Position numbers and translations under genes: made by a program. A stretch of 53,180 nt of DNA, counting the filler, from Basidioascus undulatus (taxonomy: Eukaryota), in the NCBI GenBank assembly GCA_000826855.1. It is 4 parts of 4 records of this genome, joined end to end, with 100 filler letters (N's around TTAATTAATTAA, not from the genome) between each part and the next. Parts side by side here need not be neighbours in the genome. Positions count along the whole stretch, not along the records: positions 1 to 13,255 come from JTLS01000826.1; 3 more parts are not named here. The stretch is one strand, 5' to 3'. This document shows, piece after piece, positions 1 to 12,566 of the stretch. The number at the start of each line of letters is the position of its first letter. Within the stretch, counting starts at the first letter, position 1. The notes below the pieces were generated by a model. It did not search any database. It was not told where the DNA came from and was given only the letters and a program-made list of their open reading frames with translations.

Positions 1-566
1 TGGATGACGACATCTGCAGAAAAGGAGCCATGTTTCTGAGGCAGTCATCGTATTGAAGTCTGTCTGCAGGGTGAGGTCTCACTGAGTTGTAGGTGGGGAG
101 GTGCGTGCCGCCACGAGATTGCGTAAGTACCCTTGGCTGTCGGTCGTACCTTCTTGGTGGATGGGGGGTGGTTCTCACATGATATTCCAACCTTTCCTTT
201 CAGATTCGATAGAATGGCAGAGTTCTCTATTGCCGGGTACGGCTCCGAGTGAGCTGGTTCAGATGACTGAATTGGGGTACTTGATCCGGGATTAGGGAAA
301 GTCGGCGGGTTCGATTGAGGAAGTCGCGGTTCCGTGCATTGAGAATGATTTGAAGTGATCGAGTAGTTTTCAATAGAAGCATATACAAGCTTTCTCGGCG
401 TTGCGATCAGAAACAGGCTGGTGAGAACGAGGACCAGACGGGGATGATCCGCGGGCCATCCAACCACCCAAGAGTTCCTACGAGCGGAATTCTTGAACCC
501 TCCGCCCAGTCGTCCGAGCGCATAGTCGTCAGCTCACCATCAACTCCCTCTTGCTCGCCGTTTGTC

Positions 567-3251
567 ATGTCCCAAAGAAGTGCATCGATGAAATACGGCG
601 TAAGCCACACGAGCTATGCGCAGATTCGCTGACGTTGGTGCTGACGCTGCAGAAATGTCCAAGCCTGGCGGGGCGACCAAGGCTCGTGCGTCTTATCCCC
701 TGGCGCTGCGATGGGGATGGGGTCGTGGGGGGATGGGACATGGCATTGACGGGCAGGACGGTGTGGTGCAGCTCGACCGAAGGATTTGGGACCGCCAAAG
801 TTGTCGCTGGCGAAGGCGATTGAGAATAAGAAGGCGGTGAAGGCGTTGGTGCGTCCCAGCTTCCAGTCACTTCCCCTGGCGTTTTCCCTGCTCAACCGCA
901 ACCCGTCGGCTCCAGCACAAGCAGCAGCGCCAGGTGTCGCGCCCCTCCCCCGACTCCTCCACGCCCGCTGACATCGAGATGGACGCGACCCCCACCCCCT
1001 CCACCTCCTTCGCCACTTTCGCCGCTTCGGCCTCGGCCTCGCACTCGTCCGCTTTCGATGATTTCAAGGAGGCGGACTCGTCCGCCCCGCTCGACGCGGT
1101 CCTCACGACGCGCGACCAGTCCCAGCGCGCGTACATGCGCGAGCTGCGCAAGGTCCTCGACCTCGCGGACGTCATCCTCATGGTCCTTGACGCGCGCGAC
1201 CCGCTCGGGTGCAGGAGTGCTGTGGTCGAGCGCGAGGTGCGCAGGCGCGAGGGCGAGGGGAAGAGGTTGGTCTTTGTTATGAACAAGATCGGTGAATCAC
1301 TCTCCGGCTCTGGGAACTTGGGAAGTGGGCATAGCTGAAAAGTGGGTGTGGGGCGGACAGACCTTGTTCCCCGCTCGAACGTCGAAGCCTGGCTCGAGCA
1401 CCTCCGCCAGCAGTACCCGACCATCGCGTTCAAGTCGTCGACGCAGCAGCAGCGGCACAACCTCTCGCAGCGCAAGTCGGGCGCCTCGGCGAGTTCGTCC
1501 TCCATCCCGACCAACACCGCGGGGACGTCCGACTGCCTCGGCGCAGACTCGCTCATGGCGCTTCTCAAAAACTACACGCGCTCCAACAAGCTCAAGACGA
1601 GCGTGCGTGTCTTCTCCCTTCTTCCATTTCCCTCTCCCCTCTTCCGTTTCCCCTTTCCCGTTTCCCCATTCCGCTGTCTCACTTCACCTTCACTGGTCGA
1701 ACTTCTCCTGACCGTGTCTGCCCCTCAAAGATCGTCTGCGGCGTCGTCGGCTTCCCCAACGTGGGCAAGTCCTCCGTCGTGAACTCGCTCAAGCGTTCTC
1801 GGGCCTGCGGCGTGGGCGCGACGCCAGGGTTCACCAAAGTCGCGCAGGAGGTCGTGCTGGACAAGAATATCAAGCTGCTCGACTCGCCGGGCGTGGTGTT
1901 CGCTGAAGAAGCGGCCGAGATGGGCGAGGACGAGGAGCGCATCAAGCGCCGGCGCGCGGAGGTCCTGCTTAGGAACGTCGTGAAGGTCGAGCTGGTGGAG
2001 GATCCGGTGTCGCCTGGTGCGTGATTTCTTTCGCGCGCGGGGGAGGGTCGGGATGCGGTGTGAGGAGAGGGAAGAGGCTGATAAGGGAGCGGGACGGGGA
2101 CAGTCGAGCTCATCCTCACGCGGTGTCAGCCGGAACATCTCGAACAGCTGTACAACATCCCGCCGTACGACAACGTCACCGACTTCCTGATCAAGATCGC
2201 GCTTGTGCGCGGTCGTCTAGGCAAGGTACGTGGCCATGTCTGTTCTGTGCAATTCGACCGATGCTCACTCGTCCCCTGCAGGGCGGCGTCCCCGACCTGA
2301 TCGGTTCCGCGCGCTCCGTCCTGCGGGACTACTCGACGGGGAAGATGTGTGTCTCTTCCCCCGTTCCCCCTCGCCTCCCTGCTCTCTCTCCTCTTTCCTG
2401 ACTCGCGCCTGCCCCTCCGCAGCCCGTACTACACCCAACCCCCTCGCTCCACCGCCACAGCGCTCTCGCACCCGCCCTCCTCCCTCCCCTCCTCCTTCTT
2501 CCCGAACCAGTCCCCGCCGAAGACGGACGCCGTGCCCGTGGACGGCGCGTCCATCGTTACCGGGTTTAGCAAGGCGTTCGACCTTGCGGGTTTGCTTGGG
2601 GAGGCGGACGCGGAGGCGCTGCAGGGCGCGGGGACGGCGTTTGGCGCGAAGGAGGCTGGGGGGATGGAGGAGGACGCCGTAGTGGTGGAGGAGACGGAGG
2701 TGGATCGGGCTGTCGGGTGAGTTTGGGATCTTCTGGCTGGGGCTTGATCCGGGGCGCACGCAATCCTGATTCGCTCCATCTCGCTCTCGCTCCACAGGGA
2801 CGACCTCACCCCCACCCGCAAGCGCCGCCTCTCGACCTCGACCTCCGCGCCCACGCAACCCACCGGCCCCGTCTCCCTCCCCCCCAAAAAACGTCTCAAA
2901 CCCACTCACCCGTCCACAGCCGCGCAGCTCACCCGTCTCCTAACAACCGACGAAGCCGAGCAGCTCGCGTCCTCCAACCCGCTCAACCGCGCGGCGCTCA
3001 AGAAGGCGCGCAAGGCGGAGGCGAAGGCCCGCCAGAGGGCGGGGATGCTGCCCCTGCATGGACCGGGAGGGGAGGGGGAGCTGATGAGGGCTTTTGCAGG
3101 GGGGATGGGGATGGAGGTTGATGAGGAGAGGGAGGAGAGGGAGAGGGAGGCGGAGGAGCGCGCGAGGGAGAGGATGAAGGGGGGTGGGGGGATGGGGATG
3201 TTTGGGAGCTTTGTGCCGGCGGTGCCGGTGGATGAGGACGAGGAGCTTTAG
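567..3251 (+). CDS. NUG1: Nucleolar circularly permuted GTPase Nug1/GNL3 (nucleostemin/Grn1 family), multi-exon
   Basis: Spliced exons give [15 protein letters not shown] (G5), NKID (G4), [10 protein letters not shown] (G1), TPGFT (G2) and LLDSPG (G3) in permuted order, plus YMRELRKV and GGVPD motifs. ATG at 567; stop at 3249-3251. Confidence 0.93.
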
Positions 3252-3825
3252 AGAGGGACTGAGGGGATGGTGGATGGAGGGGCTGTGTCTTCGTTTGCTT
3301 TAGGTCGTCTTGCATATGTTCCGCATAGATACCCACCCCGTCGTGAATCGCTTGTGCTCATGTGGCTGGCGCTGCTTTCTCAGGTTTATTGGCGAGCGTT
3401 TGCGCGGCTGCCATGCAAAGCTCTTTCCAAGGACCGACCGACTCTTGTGCGCACGGCGTATCGCAGGCGGTGAGACTTCCGTCGCGTTTCTCAAGCGCTT
3501 CCTTCTTCTCGCTTCGTCTTTCCGCGCACTTTGCCCTCGTCCGGTCATAAAGCCTCAATTTGACCCCGAAAGAGTACTCGAATTGAAAATTTGTCTTTCG
3601 CACGGTCCAGCGGCGTATCCGGCGTTGCCCGCCCAATGAGCTTCGAGTGCCCAGTGCGCAGCGGGCCAGCGCAGCGCCTCGTGCGCATAGTATAGTCCGC
3701 CCTCAACGTGCCTTCTAGCGGGGCGGGCAACTCCTAACCACCATGCTATACAATCTGTCTTCCCCAGCTGCTTTCCTCTCCTCCCACCAGGGAAGCCTGG
3801 CTTTGACGACTCCACGCCGTCGCCA

Positions 3826-4302
3826 ATGATGGTGCTCCTCCTGCACGTCCCGACCCCGCTCCAACTCGCGTTCGAGGGGATCCTCAAGCTCGCGCTCTCG
3901 GCAATCGCGTTCCACCTCCTCCTCGCCCTCCACCGCGTCCACCGCGCATTCCGGGACCTCAAGTCCAGCGCGCGCTTGCTCGAAGCGTCAACCACCACAA
4001 ACCCCCTCACATCCACTACCCACGCCCCCGACTCCCTGCCACGCCATTCCCAGCCCTACTACCATCCCACGCCAGCCTGGGCGCTCGCGCGCCCGCGATT
4101 ACGGCTCGACTGGCCGGCTGGGCGGAGGGAGGCGGAGATTCTTAGGAGGCGGATGCTTGCGCGCGCTCTGGGGCATAGGAGGATGAGAAGGTCGGAGGTG
4201 AAGAGGGTTGCGGTGGAGATGGATGCGATGGGCTTCGAAGAAGGGAGGGAGAAGTTGGGGCCGAGCCCGCTGAGGACGAGTTGGGTTGCTGAGGCCGTAT
4301 GA
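3826..4302 (+). CDS. Hypothetical protein
   Basis: 158-aa ORF with the same C-rich then G-rich codon style as neighbouring real genes and a hydrophobic N-terminal stretch. No recognisable motif; start uncertain. Confidence 0.4.
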   Translation: MMVLLLHVPTPLQLAFEGILKLALSAIAFHLLLALHRVHRAFRDLKSSARLLEASTTTNPLTSTTHAPDSLPRHSQPYYHPTPAWALARPRLRLDWPAGRREAEILRRRMLARALGHRRMRRSEVKRVAVEMDAMGFEEGREKLGPSPLRTSWVAEAV

Positions 4303-4967
4303 ACATGAGTTGCGTATGATGCTTTTCTCTGAGGACTGGACCGGTGCTGGAAAGATGTGCTCGATGCTGTCCGCGCATTCGACTCGCTGAGATCTGCCGA
4401 TCCTCACTCATCCTCAAGGACGGGTTTTGGACGTATGCCTGTCGGTGTTTATCTCTGCTGAATGGCATTGTGTTATACTCTGGATTAGTTTCCTTCTCAA
4501 ATGCTGGTGTCGCAAGGTGATGAAGGCTCCCCTACATCGGGAGGCAGCAGTGGCTGTGAGGCCTTGTCAGCTGCGAGACTTCCATCGACTGTCACTTCAC
4601 ACAGCCCCGTCAACGTGTGCTCACCTTTCCTTACTGTTGGCAGATGCAAATATTAATGCTGCCCCTAGTTTCCTTCTGAAGGACGAGGGCCTCTTTCCAA
4701 CAGCGAGGCCGCCCTAATTGTTTCCAGTCTGCACTGTGGGTCTTCGGTACACGACTGCGCAAGAACATACACGCACTCGGGCTTTCAGTATTTCGTGTGC
4801 CAGAATAATTTGATTACTCATATACTCTGGATCCAATCTAGGCGGTGGGTGTTTTCATCGAATGCCACCCTCCGGGCCTCGTGGCAAAGTCTCCGCCCTG
4901 ACCATATTCGAAAGTAGAGGATTTCGAGAGCTCAAAATCTTGAGCATTTTGTGTTCATATTTTTATT

Positions 4968-6290
4968 TTGGGAGTGGTTAAGACTAGGGTCGTCTTCCAT
5001 AGAAGCGTAGCTGGTGCGCAAGAGCGTTTTTCTGCACGGCACAACACCCAAAAGCAGCGATGGACAAGCAACGACTGGCAACGGACCACTGGGAAAAGAC
5101 ACTTTTATTCGCACCCACCAGTTCTCTATAAATTTTTCATGGCCTGGGCGCAGCTGGTCCTCGATAGCACGCGTCATGGCGTTTCGCACCCTGAAACTCC
5201 TCGCGACGCAGCCGCGCTGCTTCTCAACTTCCGCCCGAGAATGCGACCGGCGTCCGGTTTTGCACCCGCAGAAGCGTTCGACCCCCGTAAAGCGCCTTCC
5301 CGGTTCTCCTTCAATCGCCAAAACGCCCAAATCCTCCTTCGAGTCAAACGTTAGACGCCCGTCCTTGTTCATGTACATCAACTCCAGCTCCGCCTCTGCT
5401 ACACCGACGCTCCTCAGCCCTCGCACTCTACAGACCCCCGCCAATCCCACAGCCCTCAGCTCGGCTCGAGCGCGATGACCACCTCCTTTCCCCTCATCAA
5501 TGCCACGGCGAACGACTGGGCGGGGCGGGGCGGGGCGACGACCACGCGGAATTAATAGCGCATCATGGAGCAGGATCGTCACGGCATGCTTTCTTCGGCT
5601 CTCTTTCATACCGTCACCTCACCCAACCTCACCCGCAACCATCAAGATGACCCCGGTAATCAAAGCATTTTTTCAACGGGAACACTTCCAGCAGGCAGAG
5701 CGGGAACACTCGCCGCTCCTGAGCATCCCAGCCTCTCGAAGTCCCTTGACGAGACCGGCACCTTCCGTTATTCGCACTGGACTGAGTCTCGGAACCTACC
5801 GTCTCTCCAGCTGGACATGCTGGAGTCTGCTCATGACATGGGATGCAGCTGCTCTCGTGGTCTTCGTCTTCTTGGTGCTGGTACTTCTCCTAGTGTTCCG
5901 CGGAAAGGTAAAGCGGGGCTTCGGGTCGGTATCTGGTTTTATGGCCGCTGAAGAAATCTTCAAGCCAAGTCCTTCTGGGACTGGCTTGCACTCTTCTATC
6001 TAGTCTATTCATTGTCAACTGGGCGCTGGGTCGAAGCCGAGTCGTACGGAAATGTGAGTCTTTCCGGTCCAATATCTTGTTGAGAACTTGCTCTATCCCT
6101 GCTTAAACTCATCGTTATGTACATGCTATTCTCAGATTTCTTAGACACTTTCACTCTCAGCCCGCCCGGAGCGCTCCTCCGGTACCACACAACGCTCCAC
6201 CTCCCGCCGTGGCTTCGCTACTCGCGCGTCTGTGCACCAGCGGCTATCCCGGTGCTCAACATCGTCACCTTGCGCCTTTCATTACCGGAA
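4968..6290 (+). pseudogene. Possible decayed hypothetical gene
   Basis: Protein-like frames (e.g. NLQAKSFWDWLALFYLVYSLSTGRWVEAESYGN ending at a GTGAGT donor near 6054) interrupted by in-frame stops. No family assigned. Confidence 0.25.
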
Positions 6291-6629
6291 AAGCACAAGC
6301 CGTCTTCGGTGATGAGTCAGACAACAGTATATGACGCGACACGGGCAGATTTTTCCACTTTTCAACGTGAGCGCGCTTTCTTGCGGACGCCTGGAACATT
6401 ACTCGCCGATTGCTGAACAATGAAATATGAATCTTACAGTTTCATAACAAGGTCGTGCCCAACCACCCGAGTTTGCACGGGAAACCTGCGACGGCCTGTG
6501 GCAGTGGGTGCTGTGTGCACGCCGCGAAAATGAGCAGATGCGTGCTGTGCCCGAAGCGACGAATGTGTAGCGCTCAGTTCGATGAATAAAAGTCTCTGGT
6601 TCGCATCTGCGCATACAGCTCCTAATATT

Positions 6630-7440
6630 TTAGATCAATGACGCAGTGCGCGAGATGAATGCCCGGCGGCGATTGATCCCATCAAGGCTGTCCCTCTCGG
6701 ACTTGTGACCGCAGTCAGCTCCACCAATCCTTCGAGTCTGGCGGGGCGAGCTGCAGCTTGTCGGGATAGAGGATGTTGAGGAGTTTGATGTTGGGATGTT
6801 GAGGAGTTTGATGTTGGATACCCTGCCCGGGTATCCCTGCACGATGAGCAGTTTGGTGCCCAGCTTGCCCGCCTCCAGCGCTGACCGTGCTCCCCCGCCT
6901 GCCAACTCTGACCTGGCTTGTCCGAGGTCGACCAACGCTCGCCCTCCGCATGCATCGCTTCCAGCTCGTTCAAGATGTGGCTCATAAGTGAGCTGCTCGA
7001 AGCGGGGACAGTCGTCGGTGCCGGCATTCTGCAGGTTGAGGAGAAAAGCGTTTCGGGTGATGTTGGAGGGGTTGACGTCGAGGCGGAGGCTCAGCCGAAT
7101 CACAGTCGGGTTTGCCGGCTTGTGCGTAACGGTCCAAAGGCCGAGCGCTTGCATGAGCGCCGGGCGGCGGGCGTTGCGAGCTGGTTGGCGCGGTTGACGC
7201 CGCAGGTGGGTTTATGTCGAGGCCAGTGCTGGCATTGGCAGGCCGCGCTGCAGTAGCTCACTGAGGTGTCGAAGAGGTAAGCATGGCTACTACCTTCGTG
7301 ACATCCCGACGAGTCGACACACCCTTGCAGCGACCGCAAACCCGAAGCTTCGAGCCCTTCGGCGGTCCCAAAACCTTGCAATTGACGCAATAGCGTTGCA
7401 CTGGAGTCGCTTTCGGAAGCAGCTGTTCGCAATCAGACAT
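6630..7440 (-). pseudogene. MYND-type zinc-finger protein, apparently frameshifted
   Basis: CVNC..VCGRCK-(intron)-VSYCSAACQCQHWPRHKPTC is a MYND finger. The likely continuation MQALGLWTVTHKP..LSLRLDVNP is in a different frame with no intron between. Confidence 0.7.
6771..6816. repeat. 23-bp tandem duplication
   Basis: GGATGTTGAGGAGTTTGATGTTG x2, exact. Confidence 0.9.
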
Positions 7441-8210
7441 ATGGAGTCGAGAGTAGGGTGCGAAGGAAAGATAAGAGGGCTCGGCTGTAGCGCCTACGAG
7501 CGAGATGACGGTCGGAGGAGAAAGCACGCCACGGTGGCCAAGAAAGCCAAGTTCTGTCCTCGCCGCCGCCGCCGTGGCGCGCTTTCATGCGGATTTGAAT
7601 GCAATGAATATCTGCCCAACGTTGCTGGAGACTGAAAATACTACTCGAGCATCGAAATAACGCTCATGTGAAGAGTTTTCGCTGGGCTGCGAACGGCCAA
7701 TCTGCTAGCGTCTAAGGCCTTATGTGCCGTATAGCGCGCCCACTGGAGAATTTGGGATGGTAAAAGGGATTTGAGTACAAATTTATGTTAGGCGTAACTG
7801 AAGAAAATGGCGCTCGCATCCATGTCCCCCGAGGCCGGAGCAGGACCTTCACACAGATCAGCTTGCGGGAGTACTCCACTCATCGGCCATGACCAGATAC
7901 TCCCCGCTCACTAAGATAGCGGCATTGAAACGTCAGATCCACAGCGCTACAGGAAAGCCGACCTTCATTGGTCAAACGTTTACGGTCAAGCAGCTAATTT
8001 GCCTTATGGCTGAGTGTCGGAACTGTTGCCCGACAACGTTGCAGCAACAAACTCAAATAACACAGCAGAACACTCTATGACAATTATCTTTCTATATGAC
8101 CACTGAAGCAGTCCATGGCACACAAAAAGAACCCCCTCTCAAAGCCAACCAGTCGCCTACAGCGTCCTCGGCGTGAACACCACTGGCAGCGGTCCTTTAG
8201 TGGCGCTGCC

Positions 8211-10466
8211 TCATCGCGTACCTCTCGTCAGAACAAGTTGACAGGTCATCGGCTGAAAATCGGGTTTTGGGTTTGCATACGTGAACTGATCCATTATGCT
8301 TCCTTCGTAAGTGGAACGCTTCCATCCGTCGATCGGCTCGAGATCGAAGCGCTTGAGCAGCGCCGCGAGCGTGATCCGCATCTCGTTGAGCGCAAAGGGA
8401 CGGCCGACGCAGTTGTAAGGGCCTATAGACGTTTCTCTCACTATATCTGGGGGGAAGTAAAATCTCAGAGAAGCTGTACCTTTGCTGAAGGGAAAGAAGG
8501 CGGGGTGAGCGAGGGACGACGCGATAGAGCCGTCTGTCCAACGCGAAGGACGGAACGTCTCCGCACTGTGGGGAAGTGGTCTCAGCGAAGGGGGGTCGAG
8601 TGGACAAGAGTAATCTACGGCTTGCTCTTCCCCGAAGCATCGCTGGACGCGTTGGAGGACGTAGGTCGGGACATACACCGTCTGCTGCCCGTCGGAGGCA
8701 TGCGCCCTACCCCGCTGAGGGCCGCCGGCCCAAGCCGTAGCGTTTCGTCCAGCACGGCCGACAGCAGTGGCAGCTTGGCCAGGGCCGCGACGTCCGCGGG
8801 CTCAACTGCGGCGGCATCGAGCTCGGCCTGGAGGTCCTTCAGTACCTCGGGCTGCTGGATGAGGTAGAAGATTGCGTTCGAGAGCGTGAAGGAGGTGGTG
8901 TCCGACCCTCAGTGACCGACCGGGTTCAGCAATGCGCATCAGAAGGCGTGTGGATCATAAGGATGTTCTTACCAGCGACGATGACGAGCAGGGCTTCGCA
9001 GAACAAGGAGGCGAACTGGTATTTACGCTTGCTTTCCTCATATTCGTAAAGGTGTCCCAAAAAATGAACGGCCTCAGCCGCCAGTCGGGCACGCCAGTGA
9101 GGAAATACTCACGAAGGACGAAAAGATGTCCTTGCCATTAGCTCCCATCCGGGGACGCTCCTTCAACTTGCCCAGGGCAAACGAGTAGAAGGTTTTCTGG
9201 GTGGACGTCCACCGAAGCAGACGCTGAAGCGGCGTGAGCCAGTGAACGTATCCGCGGGCGTTGGCTGGAGGAAGAGAGCCCTTGTTCAGCGGAGCTCGAT
9301 TGGTGAAAGCGGGCTCTCTCGAAACATACTGATGCGCGTGCTGAGGTTCAGCTTGTGTATCATGTTGTCGGCGTCCCTTGTAGCCTTCACGCCGGGATAG
9401 AACAGTCAGATGGCATGCGTTCGGACAGATCAAAGATTTTCAACGCACCATGAGCTCGAACGCGCCCTTGGAAAATGCATTATCGCCCATCACGTCCGTA
9501 GTCATGCAAGACAGAGCCGTCTTCAGTGACCGCGAGATATTTCAGCACTCATAATAGTCACGGGTGTTTGTTGCCGCGCATGCCGCTCACCGAAATGCCC
9601 GCCCAGCCCTGTTGCTTCGCGTCGTCTCGAGCTGGTCGGCCAGCTGCGACGCCCTCTCAACCATCCCCGGAACGTAAACCGCGAGAGCGGCGGGAGTGAA
9701 CGCTGTATGTGCGACCATTCATCGTCGCTCCCTGTCACCGGACGATAGGAAGCCACAGCGTACCTCGGCCCCACATCTTCCTCCGGAGGTCGTGCTCCTT
9801 CTTGGACCGCGTCGAGTGCAGAGAAGCACCTTTGATGCCGTCAATCTTGCTCAAGGAGCCTATCATAGACCTGTGTTTCAGTATTTTACTTCCTCAATAC
9901 GTTCTGACATGCACGTACCGTCGTACCACCTGCCCTTCTGCCAAGTGGGGAACTGCACGACGCTGACAGCGTCGGGGTGCCGGACGGAGACCTCGTTGGA
10001 ACCTGAGATCATCCCAGCCGCTCGTTAGAAAGGGTAGACATTAAATTGTAGACATCAATTGGAAGCGTACCGATACGGACGAAGTCGGCATACTTGTCAT
10101 GAATGCGCTAGGACGAGGTGCGTGTCGCCCTTGAAGCCGTGCATCGCGCGCCAGAACATGGTGAGCTTGGCAGCGGTCCGACCGGGCTGAAAGGAATCCC
10201 CCGAAGCTCTCGTAAGATCTCTGTCCCAAGCGTGGAAGAAGGAACGCGACTCACAAAGCTCGCGAGAGGGTGGAAGGGCGACAAGCGTGCGATCGACGCG
10301 GCGATGCTGAGGAGGTAGGGACGACGCAATAGGGGGAAGCGACGAGAATAGTGGCCGCGAGGAGCGTGACAGCTTTAAAGAGCGTAGGCTCGAAGGACTT
10401 GAGGAGCAGGTGAGTCGATACGCCGAGGAGGACGGTGTCGAGCACGGGATGAACGAGGTCCATCAT
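8211..10466 (-). pseudogene. Cytochrome P450 (CYP67-like), multiple frameshifts
   Basis: RLSPFHPLA-PG, HDKYADFVRIG, ETLRL (ExxR), FRPSRW and FSK/GPYNCVG heme motif. Frame breaks inside exons near 10325, 10110 and 8685. Confidence 0.85.
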
Positions 10467-11281
10467 CGTGCGTGCTTGCAGAAGGTTACGATGGTGCTGG
10501 TGAGGGATTGAGCTGAGGTGGTTCGGTGAGTATAAAAGAGGACGAGCTGTTGTGGGCTAGACAGACACTGCGCGGCGGCAGGGGCAGAAAGCAGCCAGCG
10601 CGACGGAGGCATCCGAGTCGTGGACGTGCTCACGAGGCTCGCCGCTCGCCGCAATCAGGGCCAGTTCTCAATCTCGAGGCTCCTAGACAGAAGCTGTGCC
10701 AAGGAAGTTGTACTTGAATCCGTCCACAGGCATGAGCGATGAAGGTGACTGAATTGGCAACGGCGCCGTTGCGCCGCAACGTCCCACGGTCGGGTTGGAC
10801 AAAGTGTGGTTGTCAGAATTAATACATGGTGCCGAGAAAGTTTGGGAACTCCAAAGAGTGTCATAGAAACTGCAGCGGGCGGTAATGCACAAGGCGGCGC
10901 TGCGCTGCCAGCAGTAGCAGCAGTCGAAGGTTAGAGTCGCTTCCGCGCGGGTTGCTCTACCAAGTGGTCTGTCTGCAGTCGAAGAAAAACTGTTCATGAT
11001 GGTGATTTTATTCACAGGACTGCGATGCGCAAGACGGCAGACCGACGTTCTCCGCTCCCGATCTCCATCTCGCATACTCAGAATTCCTTCGCATGCTTAA
11101 AGCTTCGGCTTTCAGGTCTACTAGTACAAAACACATCAATCCCCTATCCAAACACCAACTCTGCGAATGCGAAAACGATAAAGAAGCGTCCCAAAAGTGC
11201 GAATCGAGCGCCCCAACTGCGATCAACCCATACCAACCCGTACGCAAAAATGGCGAAAAAAGGAATGCGAAGAGAAGACGC

Positions 11282-12555
11282 TCAATCTTCCCACCCCCAC
11301 TTCTCTTCCCCCGCCCACCGCTCCGCCCACTCCTCCCCCGGGCCCTCATCAACCCCAACCTTATAAACTGCGCTCCCAACCCCAACATCAGCGCCCCAAC
11401 ATCAGCGCCTGCCTCCCCTCCCTGCCTCCCCTCCCAGCGAACGACTCACCGAGTTCCCTGAGCGCCGCGCGCCCCGCGTCCGTCCCCAGATGGTGCAGCC
11501 CATCCGCAGGATAATAAAGCATCGGGTGACTGAGCGCGTAGAAGTCGACGAAGCGCGTCTGGTCCGCGACGTCCGGGCCGGCGGCGTCCGCGGACCGCAG
11601 GAGCGCGTCGAAGGTGCTGTACGTTAGGCGGGAGAGGCGCGGGTTTGAGCGGAGGTCGACGTCGTGCCGGTGGGTGATGTCTTCGGGAGGGGGGACGAGA
11701 TGGTGAGATGGCATTAGAGGGAGGACGGCGGAGGGGGGGACGCACTCATGGGCGACTCGATTGTAGGGTCGCGCGCGGGGGGAGAGACGAATATCAACCT
11801 GTTTCGTGCGGGCGTCAGTTCCCGAGCACAGGGAAAGTGAGAAGAGGAAGAAGAAGGCGCACCTCGGTTCCGGCATCCCCGCCTCCCTATAGCACTCCCT
11901 GTACATCCCAAACTGGCCCACAACATTATCCATGAACTCGCCCGTCCCCCACGCGCGGCTGTAGTCGAGCGGCGGCGCCTTGTCCAGCATGTGCAGGAGC
12001 GGGTGGTGGCCCTATGACACGCACGCGGCATCAGTACACTGGCCTGTCAATTGCATGCGCGGAGCAGGAGACGAACGGCGGAGATGACGAGCGTGTCGTA
12101 GCCGGTGATCCACCCGCAGGGGAGGGGGCGCAGGAAGGGGTTCCACTGCTCTCCGAGCACACCGCGTCAGCTCGTCCAATAGGGAGGGGATGGGGGCAGC
12201 GCACGACGCACGGCGAAGGAGGTGAGTATGTTGCCGGCCCGGTCTTTGGCGCCTTCGAACTTGGCGCGGCGCTGCGTGAGAGGAGTGTGGTTAGGAACGG
12301 GGTTCTGTTGGAGGGGTGAGATGGAGGGAGAAATCGAACAGGATTCCGAATCCACGCTACGTTCTGCTGGAAAACAGCGTTGAAGTGCGCGAAGAGACAG
12401 CCTGCCGCACAGTCCCATCACATCGACCCCCAATCAGTCCCTCGCCCAACCCAAAAGAAAAAAAAGAATCAACCGCGCAGCTCACGCAAATGCGAGTCCC
12501 CCATAAAAAGGACCTTCCTCCTCTCTCCGCGTCCCATCTTCCCTCCTTCCCCCAT
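11282..12555 (-). CDS. SGNH/GDSL-like hydrolase (PC-esterase type), 5' end missing or uncertain
   Basis: RKVLFMGDSHLR (nucleophile GDS motif near 12495) and YYPADGLHH (DxxH). Last exon ends WGWED* at 11282. Confidence 0.65.
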
Positions 12556-12566
12556 TCCCAACGCAC

